This document shows positions 1 through 13,172 of a DNA stretch of 64,000 nt, piece by piece. The stretch is taken from positions 965,693 to 1,029,692 of the forward strand of contig NW_002060953.1 in assembly GCF_000150275.1 (NCBI RefSeq), given 5' to 3'. The translations under genes and the position numbers were made by a program. The notes beneath the pieces are model-generated. The model saw only the letters and a list, made by a program, of their open reading frames with translations. It was not told the origin of the DNA and ran no database searches. Within the stretch, counting starts at the first letter, position 1, and each line of letters begins with the position of its first letter. This DNA is from Trichoplax adhaerens (lineage: Eukaryota; Animalia; Placozoa).

Positions 1-1
1 T

Positions 2-678
2 CGATGTCCAGAATGTCATAAGTTAACTAAAACAACGAGTAAATGTAATCTAGAAGGTAATAAGATGACTGAATGTGAACATTGTAAAGAATTATTTTCA
101 AGTCAATCTGCAAAGGATTGGAAAATTGATGAGGAGGAGCCAGAAATATGTAAGTTATACCTGAAATTTGATTTGCTAGTGTAATTCTAATTGGATCTTA
201 ACTAGAATAGCGATCATTATACAATTCACAGTACAATATATTAGTATCTTTTATCAAAGTAATATCGATGTTGAGATATAGTACATGATTATTTTACAAA
301 TTATTAATGCAGAAGTATCAATTTTCAAGTAATTCAATTTTATATCACTAATTAATTACATCTATTTTCAAATTAGCCGTTTCGAAAGAAGTAGATCCTA
401 AAGAAGTAGATATCAGGTATCAATTCTTTTGTATTGCAAATTTAATCGAAACGGACTGGAAAAAGTTAGCAGCTATATTAGATCCGACAATTAGTACTGA
501 AGTTATCCAAAAACAAAATCGAAACGATGTATTTGGCCAAGCGATAGAACTACTAAATAAATGGTACAATAAATATCCAAATGTTGGTATTTGTCGTCTA
601 GAAGGCGCTTTGAGACGCATAGGAAGAAGCGATATTGTTACTCGTATTAATCAAATTAATCAAGAATTAAATATATAA
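2..678 (+). CDS. 3' end of a Roco-family paralog: post-COR CxxC..CxxC segment plus terminal Death-domain exon (5' part lies outside the window)
   Basis: Exon <2..149 reads RCPECHKLTKTTSKCNLEGNKMTECEHCKELFSSQSAKDWKI, which aligns with KCSKCSEQ...RCQHCKNVLSSQSLNDWII of the neighbouring Roc-COR ORF. Phase-1 GT-AG intron 150..376. Exon 377..678 reads ...IANLIETDWKKLAAILDPTISTEVIQKQNRNDVFGQAIELLNKWYNKYPNVGICRLEGALRRIGRSDIV...* (Death-domain pattern). Confidence 0.8.
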
Positions 679-767
679 ATATAAATTTTGTAATAATTTT
701 ACCATTATTTGCTTCTAAAACGAGCTAAATAGTGAAAAATGCATAAAAATTAACTAGGATATCAGAG

Positions 768-817
768 NNNNNNNNNNNNNNNNNNNNNNNNNNNNNNNNN
801 NNNNNNNNNNNNNNNNN
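768..817. other. assembly gap (N run)
   Basis: 50 N. Confidence 1.
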
Positions 818-818
818 C

Positions 819-3800
819 TTAGACACATACATGATCTTCAGCTACAGAGCGCAGCCCGNCTTTTAAAGAGTGCTTCAACTAATGCTCTCTTTGTGTAACT
901 CCGACCTTTCCTACTCGCATACATACTCAACATTTGCGCACATTGATCGTCAACTGATCCATTATTTTCAGCTATAATTTTGTCGATGTCGCGTTGATCA
1001 ATTCCAAATTCTCTTGCCAAAGTTTTCCGCTCCGTTCCAATATCTTTTGCGATTTTGCTGTTATACTCCTTGGCAGCTACAATAATTTTATTTTATTTGC
1101 AAAAATAGGATCAGCGGCTACTTACGGTACATCATATGAAACAGTTAATAGAAAATTGAATGTAGCAAGAATGAACGATTCTCTCTACACTAAATCAAGA
1201 ATATTCCTCTTTCTAAGTTGCAATTGTTGAAAGCGCTTGCTATACAAACCAATTAAATGACTCCATCTTACAAATCAGGTAAGTCGCTGCTATTGTAGTA
1301 TGCGATAGATTTTACTGTATTGTCACTTAAAATAGTAAAAAAATGTTAGCCACAGTACAACTTACAAGAATTGGGTTCGTCCATTTCTATCTCAACAGTT
1401 TTATTAGAATCGACAGAGACTTCAAATCGAATTCCGGGTGCACAACTAGCATTGAGTTTCTCAGTTTCGTCTGATTCTTGTTCTAGAGTTGAATCGACAT
1501 TACAAAGATACAGTATCATCAGCCATTAAAGAAACAAAGTATAATCTCATTCGCTACTATGCATGCAAGCGCTCAACATTTTTATAAAGTATTATAACAT
1601 CGTTAAACGTTAAAAGTACGTACTCTTTTGGCTTAAATGATTGTAATATAGTGTGATTTACTTAACTCAATGTTGTTATACTAACTGCAAGCTATTCTCT
1701 TTAAAAATACAGAGTGTGAGAACTTATTGAAAAATATACTTTAATTCAAAGAAGACTATTACAAAACACATTTTACTGAACAGAATTTGGCTTTTTACGC
1801 TTTGGTAGTACTTGTGTGATATCAATTCAGTGGAGGCTCACCTTTATCTTCTCTATATATCTTTTTCTCTAAAGAAATGAGGTGAAAATAGGAATAATCA
1901 ATTAGTAGCCCTATCGTAATTATTTTAAAATAGATGATAGATTTGCAGCCATGCAAGTGAAATATATGACATGTTTCTCTAAAGAGTTTACGAAGATAGT
2001 TTTCTCCCTTTATCCTTTTAGGTGTTTTTATACGCAGGGAATGCTATCTATATTAATTTCTATACGCTGCATAAGACGATGAAACTAATTGGCTATTAAA
2101 CAGTTCAATATTAATGACTTATCGTGTACTAACGTTAAAAAACAAAATACTATAGGAAGCAGCGATAAATAAAATCCAGCCGTTTCTATTTACTACACAA
2201 ATGAAATGCAGTAGATGAAGTATTCATTTTGAAATATTGCAATCCATAATACATTTTCAGTAACAAAAATATACAAAATCAGAAAATATTATTGCAGCTA
2301 ACTAATTGTTGAATATTATGCCAAGGTAGAGTAATATGCAAATTTACCTAAAAGATAGCATGCATTCTCGTCTCGTTAACTGTTTTAGCAAATCATTCTG
2401 CTTTATTATATCAATGCTTTTACTATACGGTATTCTAAGATGAGATTTAGATAATGGTTGAATAGAATAGAAACTCCAATCATAATTATTGAAAATTTAG
2501 CTTAAAGAATACTAATGCAGAAATTTTGTCAAAACACACTATTTTGACGGAAATAATGATAGCAACAACAATCAAGCCAAGAATTGCTTTCACATCCTTA
2601 CCGTTCCATAGCTCTTCCTTATAAATTATCCAATCGTTCAGAGATTGACTAGAAAGTACGTTTTTACAATGTTGGCATCGAATCAAATTTTCATCTTCTT
2701 TTTTGTATTCTTTGACTATGGGTATCTGTTCACTACATTTACTACATTTGACGTAAAATCGACAATGCTCTTCCTGAAACTTCATCATCCTCATTTTCAT
2801 AATGGCAATTAGTTTATTCTTTACAATATTATGCGTCCGTTCCACAAATATAGAATTTTTGACTTTGTCGATAACAGAATTATAAATCGCAGGCTGATCG
2901 CTTTTCTGATAGCAATACTGCAAACCAATGTGAGATTTCTCTTTCTTAACTATAAGATAATAATTATCATTTACTAGATAATACTTGGCACATTGATAAT
3001 ATACTTCTACGTCCGTATTATTCCATTCCCTTAAACAAGATGATAACAGACAATAATATATTCCATCTGGAAGATAAGGAATATCTTCCTGCTTGTAGCC
3101 AATATAAAGCCAATCTGATACATGATATGTCGATAAATCAAATGGCGCAACATCTTGTTGCAATAGATATGGAACAAAATATTGAGATCCTGTTCCATTC
3201 TCATCCAGTTCACTTCTGATTGTGCATAGAATATCATAAGCTTCCATTAGTTCCAATATAGTTCTCGTATTATTTTCATCTAAATCAAATTTAAGAATAG
3301 CTTCATCGATGTATCTTCTTGACAGCCTTCCTGTTAGACAGGCTATATCGTATTCCTGTTTCATTGGTATGTCTTCCTGCGTAAAATTATTCACTTGTAT
3401 TGGAATGATTGAACGAAATATATTTAATAACCAATCGACGTTTGTTATAATAATTGCTTCGCTGCGCACATTATCACAGTATATTACTTCTCCTAAATCA
3501 TGTAGATACTTAAGCATTGCTATCATTTTTTCACGGCTTTCAAATAATCCGTACTCCTGAGCTAAGGTTTCCATTTGCTTCATTGTCATAATATTACGCA
3601 CCTGAGAATTTCTAATTTCATTATTATCAGAAGATGTGGCTTCATTATGAATAGATTTTTTTAATAGTGCAGCCATAATATACCATCGAATAGGAATAGG
3701 ATTAGACATAAACGGCAATTGTCGTATAAACGTCTTAATAATAGAAAGTAAACGATGACAACATTGTTGACGCTGAACTTTTGTAGATTCACTAGTATGA

Positions 3801-5967
3801 TCAGGATTACAATTGAAAATAATGCCAGAAGAATAGATATTTCTGGCATAAGCGGGCATAGATGACATCAATCCAGATACAAATTTATTAAATCGAGAAG
3901 TTTGCTTTTTGTTATCTGTAATACAATCGCCATGAGAAGCTACCATAATAATAATAGGCAATTGATATGATTTATCTTTATCATTGATCTTTACAGTAAT
4001 TGTACTTTGGCTTCTGTAGCAACCTATGATTGATTTAAGCCATTCTTGCATAGCCTGTAAATAAGTCATATTGCCAGTGGATAATTCACCCTTTCTTATC
4101 TTTACTTTGTTATTAAGTTCTTGAGTGATATCAAATACAAGAATATAAATGCTATTAGCTGAGATGAATGGATAATGAGTAACATGATAGATCGGATGAC
4201 CACCGAAATCCCATAGCTTGACAAATTGATTATTATGACGTTCATCAGCCATTTGGTCGAAATTGGACGACAAGTAATATTTACGTAAGCTAAGCTTAGA
4301 TTCCGATTCGATTTCAGTTTCTTTTGATGGAATCTCTACTTCTTGCAAATTACTTCTGACTAGAACAAATGGTGTATTGCCTCCTGGTGGATTTGTCTCT
4401 GATAAATTATCTGTGGTAGCGAATTGACCTATTTGCTGATTGAATTTATCTTGATTATCCATGCTTGTTTCGGCTAATTGTTTTATGGCTGCCTTCACTT
4501 TATCATCTAATATCTTAGTCCAATCACGATTCTCTAAATAATTAAGACGATAATCTTCAGTATTTACCAAAATACCAGTATTCTCAACCACCTGCGTAGG
4601 AGATGCATTTCCGATCAAATTTTGTTGAGAAAAAACTTTCCTAATAGATGATTTACCAACACCGCGAGGGCCAATAAATATACCGCGTATCAAATTATTA
4701 TGTCCATCACATAGATTTAATACTTTGATATATGCATTGTAATATTTCATTTCTTGTGAATCTATATGATACAAAATGGAAAATATTTGTCATGATGTAA
4801 GCAGTATTTATCAGGGTCTTGTATATTACCGTTTTGAAATTTAATTGTAGATTTACCTTTGACTTGATAGCTAATATCACAACTAGGATCACTGATTGCA
4901 TTATCACTGTTTGCTGGCTTTGAATCGTTGCTGGTTTGATCTCGTTTAAATAGCTTAACTACGCCATGAAAAATGCTTTTTACCGCTGACGTAGGTAACG
5001 AAAACATCGTAGCTCTTCTTATATTATTTCTCGTCAATCTAACTTCTGGATGACCTTCGCCGTAGATTGGTAGTGCAATATTGAGTGACTTATCGAACAT
5101 CTCCAGAGCCTTGTCATATTCGCCTTGTTGATGATAGGTAAATCCAATATTGTTGTACAACTGGGCAACGTCGGGATGATTGTCACCAAGAACTGACAGT
5201 CGAATTTTCAGGGATTTATCATACGCAGAATGAGCCTCGTCATATTTGCCTTGATAACAATATATAAGACCAATGCTGTTATATGTGTTAGCAATATCGG
5301 GATGATTTCCATTAAGAACTGACAATTGAATTACTAGTGACTTGTCAAACATAGAAAGAGCATCATCATTTTTAAGCTGATAGGAGTAGACAACGGCTAT
5401 GCTGTAATATATGCGTGCGACATCAGAGTGATTCGGACCAAGGACTAACAATCGAATTTTAAGTGATTTGTCTAACATTTCAAGAGCCTTTTTATAATTT
5501 TGCTGGTCAATACAGATGCGCCCAAGTTGATGATAATTATCAGCAAAACACACATCGCCTTCTTTTAAGTATTTTGTTTTCATTTCCAACGATTTGTTAC
5601 AGTCTTCTAGTGCTCCATTGAAATTTAGTTGCATTCTTTTAATCTCACACTGCATGTCTAAACATTTAGCTATTCTCACTTCGTCTTGAAGCTTATCAGC
5701 CAGATGTTGCCCCTTTTCTTTCCATTTATTAGCTTCCGTCCATTCATATCGTAAGGTATGAATGAGACAAATATCAAGATAAATGTCGCATCGAAGTCGT
5801 TTAATAACGATATGAGGGTTAGATAGCATTTGAATCACTTCTAGAGCTTGTGTATAGCAAGACAATTCCTCCACAAAATTGCAAGCAGTCTTGCATTCCT
5901 TGCCCTTTTTGTACAACGTTTGTATATTAGGAGGTATCACAAAATGAGTAGACTGATCATCAGCCAT
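819..5967 (-). CDS. TPR-Roc-COR-(CxxC/CxxC)-Death domain Roco GTPase, 4 coding exons
   Basis: Exon 5967..4857 carries 42-aa TPRs of the LGxNHPDxAxxYNxIG type. Exon 4761..2602 has P-loop GPRGVGKSS, G3 LWDFGGH, G4 VASHGD, COR signatures PIPIRW / LKYLHDLGEVIY / YFVPYLL, and CxxC..CxxC. Exon 1482..1366 is a linker. Exon 1076..~819 is the Death domain (IAKDIGTERKTLAREFGIDQRDIDKI...QMLSMY...LVEALFK). All three introns are GT-AG, phase 1 and in frame. The last ~15 codons need a 1-nt correction next to the n at 859. Confidence 0.88.
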
Positions 5968-7061
5968 CTTTCCTTTACCAATTTCGATTAATGGAAATGT
6001 TATGCTGATTCAACAGTATCAAGCATCAAAATGATGTTAGTTTTTGACACCAAGGACAAGTTAAAATAAACAAAAAAATTTCAAGCTAAGTTATGTGATA
6101 GCGATCGATTGCTTATTCGCGGATTGATATTAAGTCTTTACGCGATGATTCAATTATGCCGGTATAATTCTTTCTACTAGTTACTTTCAAATATAGAAGT
6201 TAAAAAATTTTTAATTATCAGAAATTATCAGCAACGTACATTCCTTATTGCATCACCTAAGAATCTAATTGAAAGAATACTCTACAACCAAGTAGTGATC
6301 GTAGATGATAGCTTAAGAATACAACACTATTGGAGAATTATTTTAACCAAAATTCATCCACTTAGTAGATAAAATTAATTTAACAAAACACGATTTAAAC
6401 GAGCAGCATGCCCATAATAAGAATCAAATTATAATTTTTCTATTCTGATAGACAACCACAAGTTAATGCTAATTACATAGACGATTGTTCATGATGAGAC
6501 AGTAGGTAGCGTTAGTTGGCTTTGGTTCACATCGTTTGGATGTCTATAAAGGACGTTTTCAAATATAAATGCTAATATAATATGATAGATGTCGAAATAG
6601 ACGGGCTATTTATCGATTCTTGTTTAAAATCGGCTACTGGTCACTCAACTTGTTAAGATATAGGTTTAATTCTATCAATTTGACTTCACGCCACTTATTC
6701 CAAAGATGAGCAAAGTAATCAAATAAATTGAAGATGTCACAAACCTCTATTCGACAAATCCTTTCTACCTGTAGAAAACTGTATAGTGTATAGCCGCTGA
6801 TCACTGATCTGCGCCTTCAAATACTATTATTTTACTGATGCATATCAGCAAGTACAAACTGCTAACTCACTAGCTGTGTTGTACTTACTGTTAGTGCTAC
6901 TTGCAAAGTACTGCATGAGGAAGAACATTCTTTCGGTACAGCAGCAAGGAGTGGCCTACCGCCTACGGGGAAAATGTTGCTATAGTAACTAAAATGATTG
7001 TTAAAGCGTCAGCATATATACTTGCTAATTTGAAAATGGCAATCTTTAATTTTGCTACTAG

Positions 7062-10000
7062 CCACATCGGATATTCCTTAATTGCTGATTTGGAAAATGT
7101 AACATCTGAACAGCTATCTGAAATGCGATATCTGCGGGTAGCAAGGAGTTAGCTCCAGCTATAGTTTGCTTAATTTTACAGTACGAACATAATATTTAAT
7201 TAAGTAGCTTAGAATGTTGAAGATAAAAGATAAAAATGACTTAAGTTTAAACATCGCGGCTAACGAAAGCAAAATATGAAACGAATAAATAAACCTATTC
7301 AGCATACCTTATACTTAGAAGATAATTGTAATTAATGATATATTTTATAAATAAACTATGATAGTTATAAACTTTGAAGTTTTCCTTCCGTATTATTCCA
7401 AAATACTGGCAATCTTTCTTGTTAGGAGATTTTGATTTTAGCAGTTCTACTCTAATTAAACCATGAAACTACTTTACCTGCTTGATTATTAAGTTCCATT
7501 ATTTAAATAGTACTACATAGACTTGTAGCTATCAATACAAGTATCTTTAGCGAAACCTCTAAAAATATAAGCAATCTGAGTAAATCAAACCAGAGTTAAG
7601 GCACTAAAATTGCTAACAAAGTTCTTTAGTGCTTGCACTATAGGTCCCTATACTAAGATATGATTTCCTAACTCTTCTATATAATGCTTTATTTCAAGTA
7701 AATTTACAATTTTGGGGGCGATATGGTAATATCTAATTGAATCGGTCATACCGTTAAAGATTATGAACTATTACAAGTTAATGTAATTAAAAATCTACGC
7801 TTCGCGCTGATGAAATAATAAACGCAGTGTTTAAGTTCATAAATAAGTGCTTTAGACTTATAAATAATCTTCAGCTGATCCTTATCCTACTTTTTAACCA
7901 TTCACTAAGATGCCATGGTTTTCAAATTAAGTGAGCATCAAAGCGATGATAACGTTATTGGAAAATTGGATATAAATATTAATACCAGCCTAAGCAGTTA
8001 CCGTAAAATTATAATTGTGGCCACCTAAGCATAGATGCTTGATAGTTATGCCAGATATTTAAGTTTAGTCACTAGGAATATTTATCCGCTCATCGGTAAA
8101 CTTAAAAACATAGAATACAACATTGGAGTTTAATCTACCTATGCTTTGTATAACTGGCTGATTACAAGTAGTTTTGACTCAGGAGCAGCCTTCAAGATAT
8201 CCTTTGTGTTCATTAGGAAATGGCTTAGTTGACAGAAGCCACATATATATATTACGAACTACTAAATTACACAGATCTAAATTCAATACTTTTACATCAT
8301 TTTAAAATATTTTTTATCAAATTTCAAGATATCTGATGTATTTCTTCTTAGGTCAATGCACAATGCACAAATGACAAAAATGACACTTTTGCAAACTTGA
8401 GAAAACTTGTCTTTTTGTCCGTTAACTACCGAAGTCTTTTCTAATTTATATCACCTTAACATTCTTACTAAGTATTATTTCAAAAGTATAGTTAAACTAA
8501 ATTTTTCTGATTAACAGAGATTTAAATCAAAACAAAATCCGATATATCTATGCCGAAACATTCTATGGTCTAACAGAGCTAAAAATATCGTAAGTTTTGT
8601 AATTATTAATTTTATCATATACTCATAGTTATGGTTCACCATGTTTAGGTATATAAATATCGTTTAAAGAATGTCAGTTTTTTACATCAATATCTCGAAA
8701 AATTATTTGTCTCATAATAAAATTATATACTTGGTAGAAAATTATGGGGAAATCCGATTCAAGAAATACCTACCGATATTCTAAAATTTTTTCCAAAATT
8801 TCTTTCCTGTAAAATTTATTTCACTGTGATATATCTAGAAACAGAAAGTTTTTGCAAGCAATTACTTTATTAATCATGAACCATGGCTATATTAATAGCA
8901 TGATATTTTTGTATAATATTAGATATCCTTCGGAAAACAGCATTAGAAGATTCTCAATCAATACTTTTCGACGACTGAACCTACTGAATCAATTGTATAA
9001 GAATATAAATACATCATGTCATCTTGTAATAGCTTATAATTATTATCCAGAAGGTACAATAACATTGCTAATCGAGGTTTTCAATGTAGGTTTTCCAAGT
9101 AATTTTGTGTTTACGAACTAATAATAGCAATGTTATTTGCCAGGGATCGTAATTTTACTTATTAGCTTAAATTGATATTGCATCTTTATTCCAGAGAAGT
9201 TGCAAAGACATTTATCAGCCATATTGACAGTGAAGTATTCTCTTTATTGCCAGCCATTTCAATCCTGTAAGAATATTCCAACATATTTACTGTCAAAGAG
9301 AGCTTAAGCGTAATTTTAAATCAAATTTTAAATTCCTTATATTTAAATTAAAAATATTACGTTATGAGAAATGCAGCTACTACTATATGTAAATTTCCGT
9401 AGCCTATATTGATATTCAGAAATCATAATTGCAGCTCAAATGGTATGTATCACTGTTGACAATTTCAGTTCGGATGCTTTCCAAGCTTTGATCTAGCTGC
9501 GACAATATATCTCGCATTATAGAACATATCTAATAAAGAAACTTTGCTTATGGATGCATACTGGGAGCTGATATTGGCTCAATCTAAAACGGAAATTAGT
9601 ATTTGTATATCGTCAGGGCTGTACTGAAAACTGAAAATATATAGCTGTACTTTAGAAGGTGTGCGATTAAGCTTGAGGCTAATTTACTGAGTAATTTTTC
9701 TTTGAGACTTAATGTGATTTGTTATGTTCCAATTTCACTGTATCGATTAGGACTTTTCTATTCATGTTGAGAAAATTCTGAAATCTAAATTTTATAGATA
9801 TATGAACGAAAATCGAATTAAAGCCATTTGTGACGGTGCATTTAAGAACCTTAAAAATTTAGAACAATTATAAGACATCATTATATATTATTTTAAAAAT
9901 TATCTCCATTACAGTAGATGGATATGTTATTTAGATCAGTCTTTCAATTCACATTTATTTGGCTCATCTTATTTTGAGTAAAATGATACACACTACAAAA

Positions 10001-11363
10001 TTTCCTGTTTAGCATATTCCAATGCGTGCTATTAGCTTAGCTTACAGAGTCAGCTGTAAATTCGTAATTTAAACTTTCAATATTTAATTTCTAACGTTAG
10101 AAAAATGTAACCATCACAAATAGTAACACTATAACCTACTATTGAATTTATCTTTCCAGCGTTTACCTACAATATGATTCTAAGTGCAGACGATCTCCTA
10201 TCCACACGACGGATAGTAACAGCTCTAATCTCACTTAGACAAAAATCGACTCAAACTTTATTAATAATTAGTCAATCTATACTACAATTGCAATAACATT
10301 AGTTACCAGTGTTTAGATAATGTTATACAAGTATACAGTTATCGATTAACATGTAATATGTCATAGAAAAATTAATTTAAACACATTCCTAGATAAATTA
10401 TTTCATAGAAATTAAGTTACCATATCCATGTAAAAGTTACTTCGTAGCAACCGTATGACATCGATGGAAAGAATTGGATAGATATTTGGGATATATAATC
10501 GGCATTTCAATGCCTCTTACGATGGTGAAATATATCATAAATGGGTTTTTTTAATTCTATAGATTGACAATCTATAAATTTAGATTTGAGTTAGTAAAAT
10601 AGAACCAAACCACAATGTTACACCAAACGTTCAAGCGCGCTTTTAACCTTACGTGCTATGTTTTTTCACTATTAGTTTATTAATCGGAGAAAATTCATTT
10701 TTCTCTGTCCTAGCATAATGGCGATTGAAAGCAGCTAAAATTAAAAGGAAATTAGACTACAAACTCTAGAATAAATCCATCTTAGTCATGCAAAATCGAA
10801 TACTTCATTATAATATTCTTCTTTAAAGCTAAATATCGTATTTATGTACTGTATATCTTAAAAACAGAATTTTATTTGGCTATCAGCTTCGGCCTTACGT
10901 TTGTTTAAATATGAGCGCACTGTTTCATCGTTCCATCTTTCAGTGTCTAGTATATATATGTATCAGTTTCAATAAATTTATTAAGTATAATCAAGCATTT
11001 TAGGAAACTTGTGAGCTTTATTTCATCTTACGATTATAATCTCAAATAGATTACTACTGTCATTGCAAACTACTATGTACTGTAAGCAAGTGGCAGAAAT
11101 AAACGTATTGCATATACATTTAAATTGAGCCATCGCTAATACTTTAAAGATGCTCATATTCTCTCTTGTGTTTGCATATGTCAGTAGATCTCTCTAGTAA
11201 AGATTGCGATAAACAACATATCATTAATATATTTCTCAAATTATTGAGTAAAGTCATAATTTTTTCTAACATTTATTGTCTCTAATTTTAGATACTTATC
11301 ATCAAATGACATTGCAATCATAAATAATAAGACCTTCCTTGGGTTACGTAAATTAAAGTGCTT
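7062..11363 (+). pseudogene. decaying multi-exon leucine-rich-repeat gene (single-LRR 72-nt exons)
   Basis: 72-nt phase-2 exons after AG: 7062..7133 (GC donor), 8923..8994 (YPSENSIRRFSINTFRRLNLLNQL), 9195..9266 (EVAKTFISHIDSEVFSLLPAISIL), 9798..9869 (YMNENRIKAICDGAFKNLKNLEQL, donor mutated to AT), 11292..11363 (YLSSNDIAIINNKTFLGLRKLKCL). Further LRR-like remnants: with stops at ~9435-9510 and ~10437-10485, degenerate at ~10160-10230. Confidence 0.65.
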
Positions 11364-13172
11364 GTAAGTGAATAGCATAGCACTTTCTTTCAGGAACGTC
11401 TAGATTATTCCTTGAATATATTTTTGAGCATCATCATGGTAAAATACAAGCGGTAGCCTCGGTATTTATCCAAATTGCTACCGCAATACTTCATAATATG
11501 AGAAACATGGTTTTTAATATGATACAATTTAGGGCAATATTTTAGATTTATTCATGAATTTATTTCGAATCAAATATTTATACAATCTGGAAAAACGGAT
11601 GTAATTCGGTAATTAGCCTCAAACAGTTCTTGACGTAGATTTCAAATCAATAGCAGTAGCTAACATACTCACGATAATAAATCGATTGCTTTATAAAAGA
11701 GTTTATAGATGTGAATGAATATCCGCGTGGTACATTTCGGCGATAAACTATTACAAATGGCATAGTATACTATATTGCACTGTACATATGTTACTGTGAG
11801 GTTGATCGATGAAGAATCTTCCAAACTTTGGAAAATTAAGATTTATTGAACAAATCCTCGTTGACGAAGGTACAACGTAATCGATTCGCTGAGGACCTCG
11901 AACGAGAAAGAACTCTCTGACTATACTAAACTACTCGCTTCTATACTTTTCGGCGTTTACAGTCTTAGCACCTTACTTACTTACTACACACTTCAGTATT
12001 AGCATCTTCAATGCAGGATAGTTTCCATCTTTCATGTGGAGCTCTAGTGTGAGCACTGTAGCACTCCTCTTCAAAAAGATTCCAATTACTAAGCTAGCTC
12101 TATTGAATACTTAAGCCTCGAACGAGAATATCGATCCCATGTTGAGCACAACACCTACGGTAGACATTACTAACTATATCATCCACTTAGAATACTTTAT
12201 TACACTGTCTTCCATTTGCCCACCTCGAATTTGGTGGTACTAAAGAAGTATAAAATTCTACCAATGCAGGCGATATTACAATAATTTCAGCACATAGGCC
12301 TGATCAAGTATAAATCAATGTAGTAGGGAAAAGGATCAAACTGTACAGTATGCTAAAATGCATCCGTTCAAACGCTACCAATTACTATCTGGATATTGCA
12401 ATTTTGGCTTCAATTTGTACAAAATGGTTCGCAAATGCATGGTTTTAAGATGGACAGTGTAGATCGATATCAGTATAGGAAGGTTCATCACGATGGGTCT
12501 TTTTTAAGCGTGCTTCTTGTCCTTTTTACTATTCAAATAGATCCTAGAAAGCAAATCTCATGGTAGTGTACAACTATAAATTGCAAGTTGTAGTATTGTC
12601 CATTTCAATAGTTGTACTGCCGTCCATTGCAATAGTTTATTGACTCAAGTACTCGATTGCCTAAAAAGTTGGTACCCATTCCTGTGTACAGGACAGTACT
12701 GTACTGTATACAGCAAGTTGAAAGGCGAATAGCAGGAGTCTTCCAAGTCCCTGGCTGCAACATATCGATGCGAGAGAGTTGAATATCGCCATCCAAGATC
12801 TGCCACATTGCAACTTGCGCTCTGTTGATTAGATGATTTGCTAGTAGAAATAGAAATAGTCCGTATCCAACCGTTTGAAATCAGTAATGTCTACCAGGAC
12901 ATCCATGGACTACCGGAATTGATCCATAGAGTCATTGTAGTGGCTTTTTTTTTCTCACTTTCATCACGTTTTCAACTTGGTTGCAATTCAAGGACAGCCA
13001 AATCGACGTCTATCATCAAGTCATTTGGTCATTTATGAGGAAACGTTTAGACATCCATTATCAATCCATTTTTATTGACTTGCTTGCCACCACAGTGCAG
13101 TAGATTGTATCATCGCCTTGACCAAGTGATTTTATACGTGATATTATTCCTTGCCATCACATACAATTAGCC

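Noticed and set aside
838-870. Apparent frameshift at the end of the Death domain
   Set aside because: Next to an n and a contig end. Removing one A restores FKxGLRSVAEDHVCV*, so this is probably sequencing error.
4762-4856. Overlap of the TPR and Roc-COR ORFs suggesting a programmed frameshift or a two-gene operon
   Set aside because: A 95-nt GT-AG intron (G|GTAAAT ... TTTTGTATCATATAG|AT) joins them in frame.
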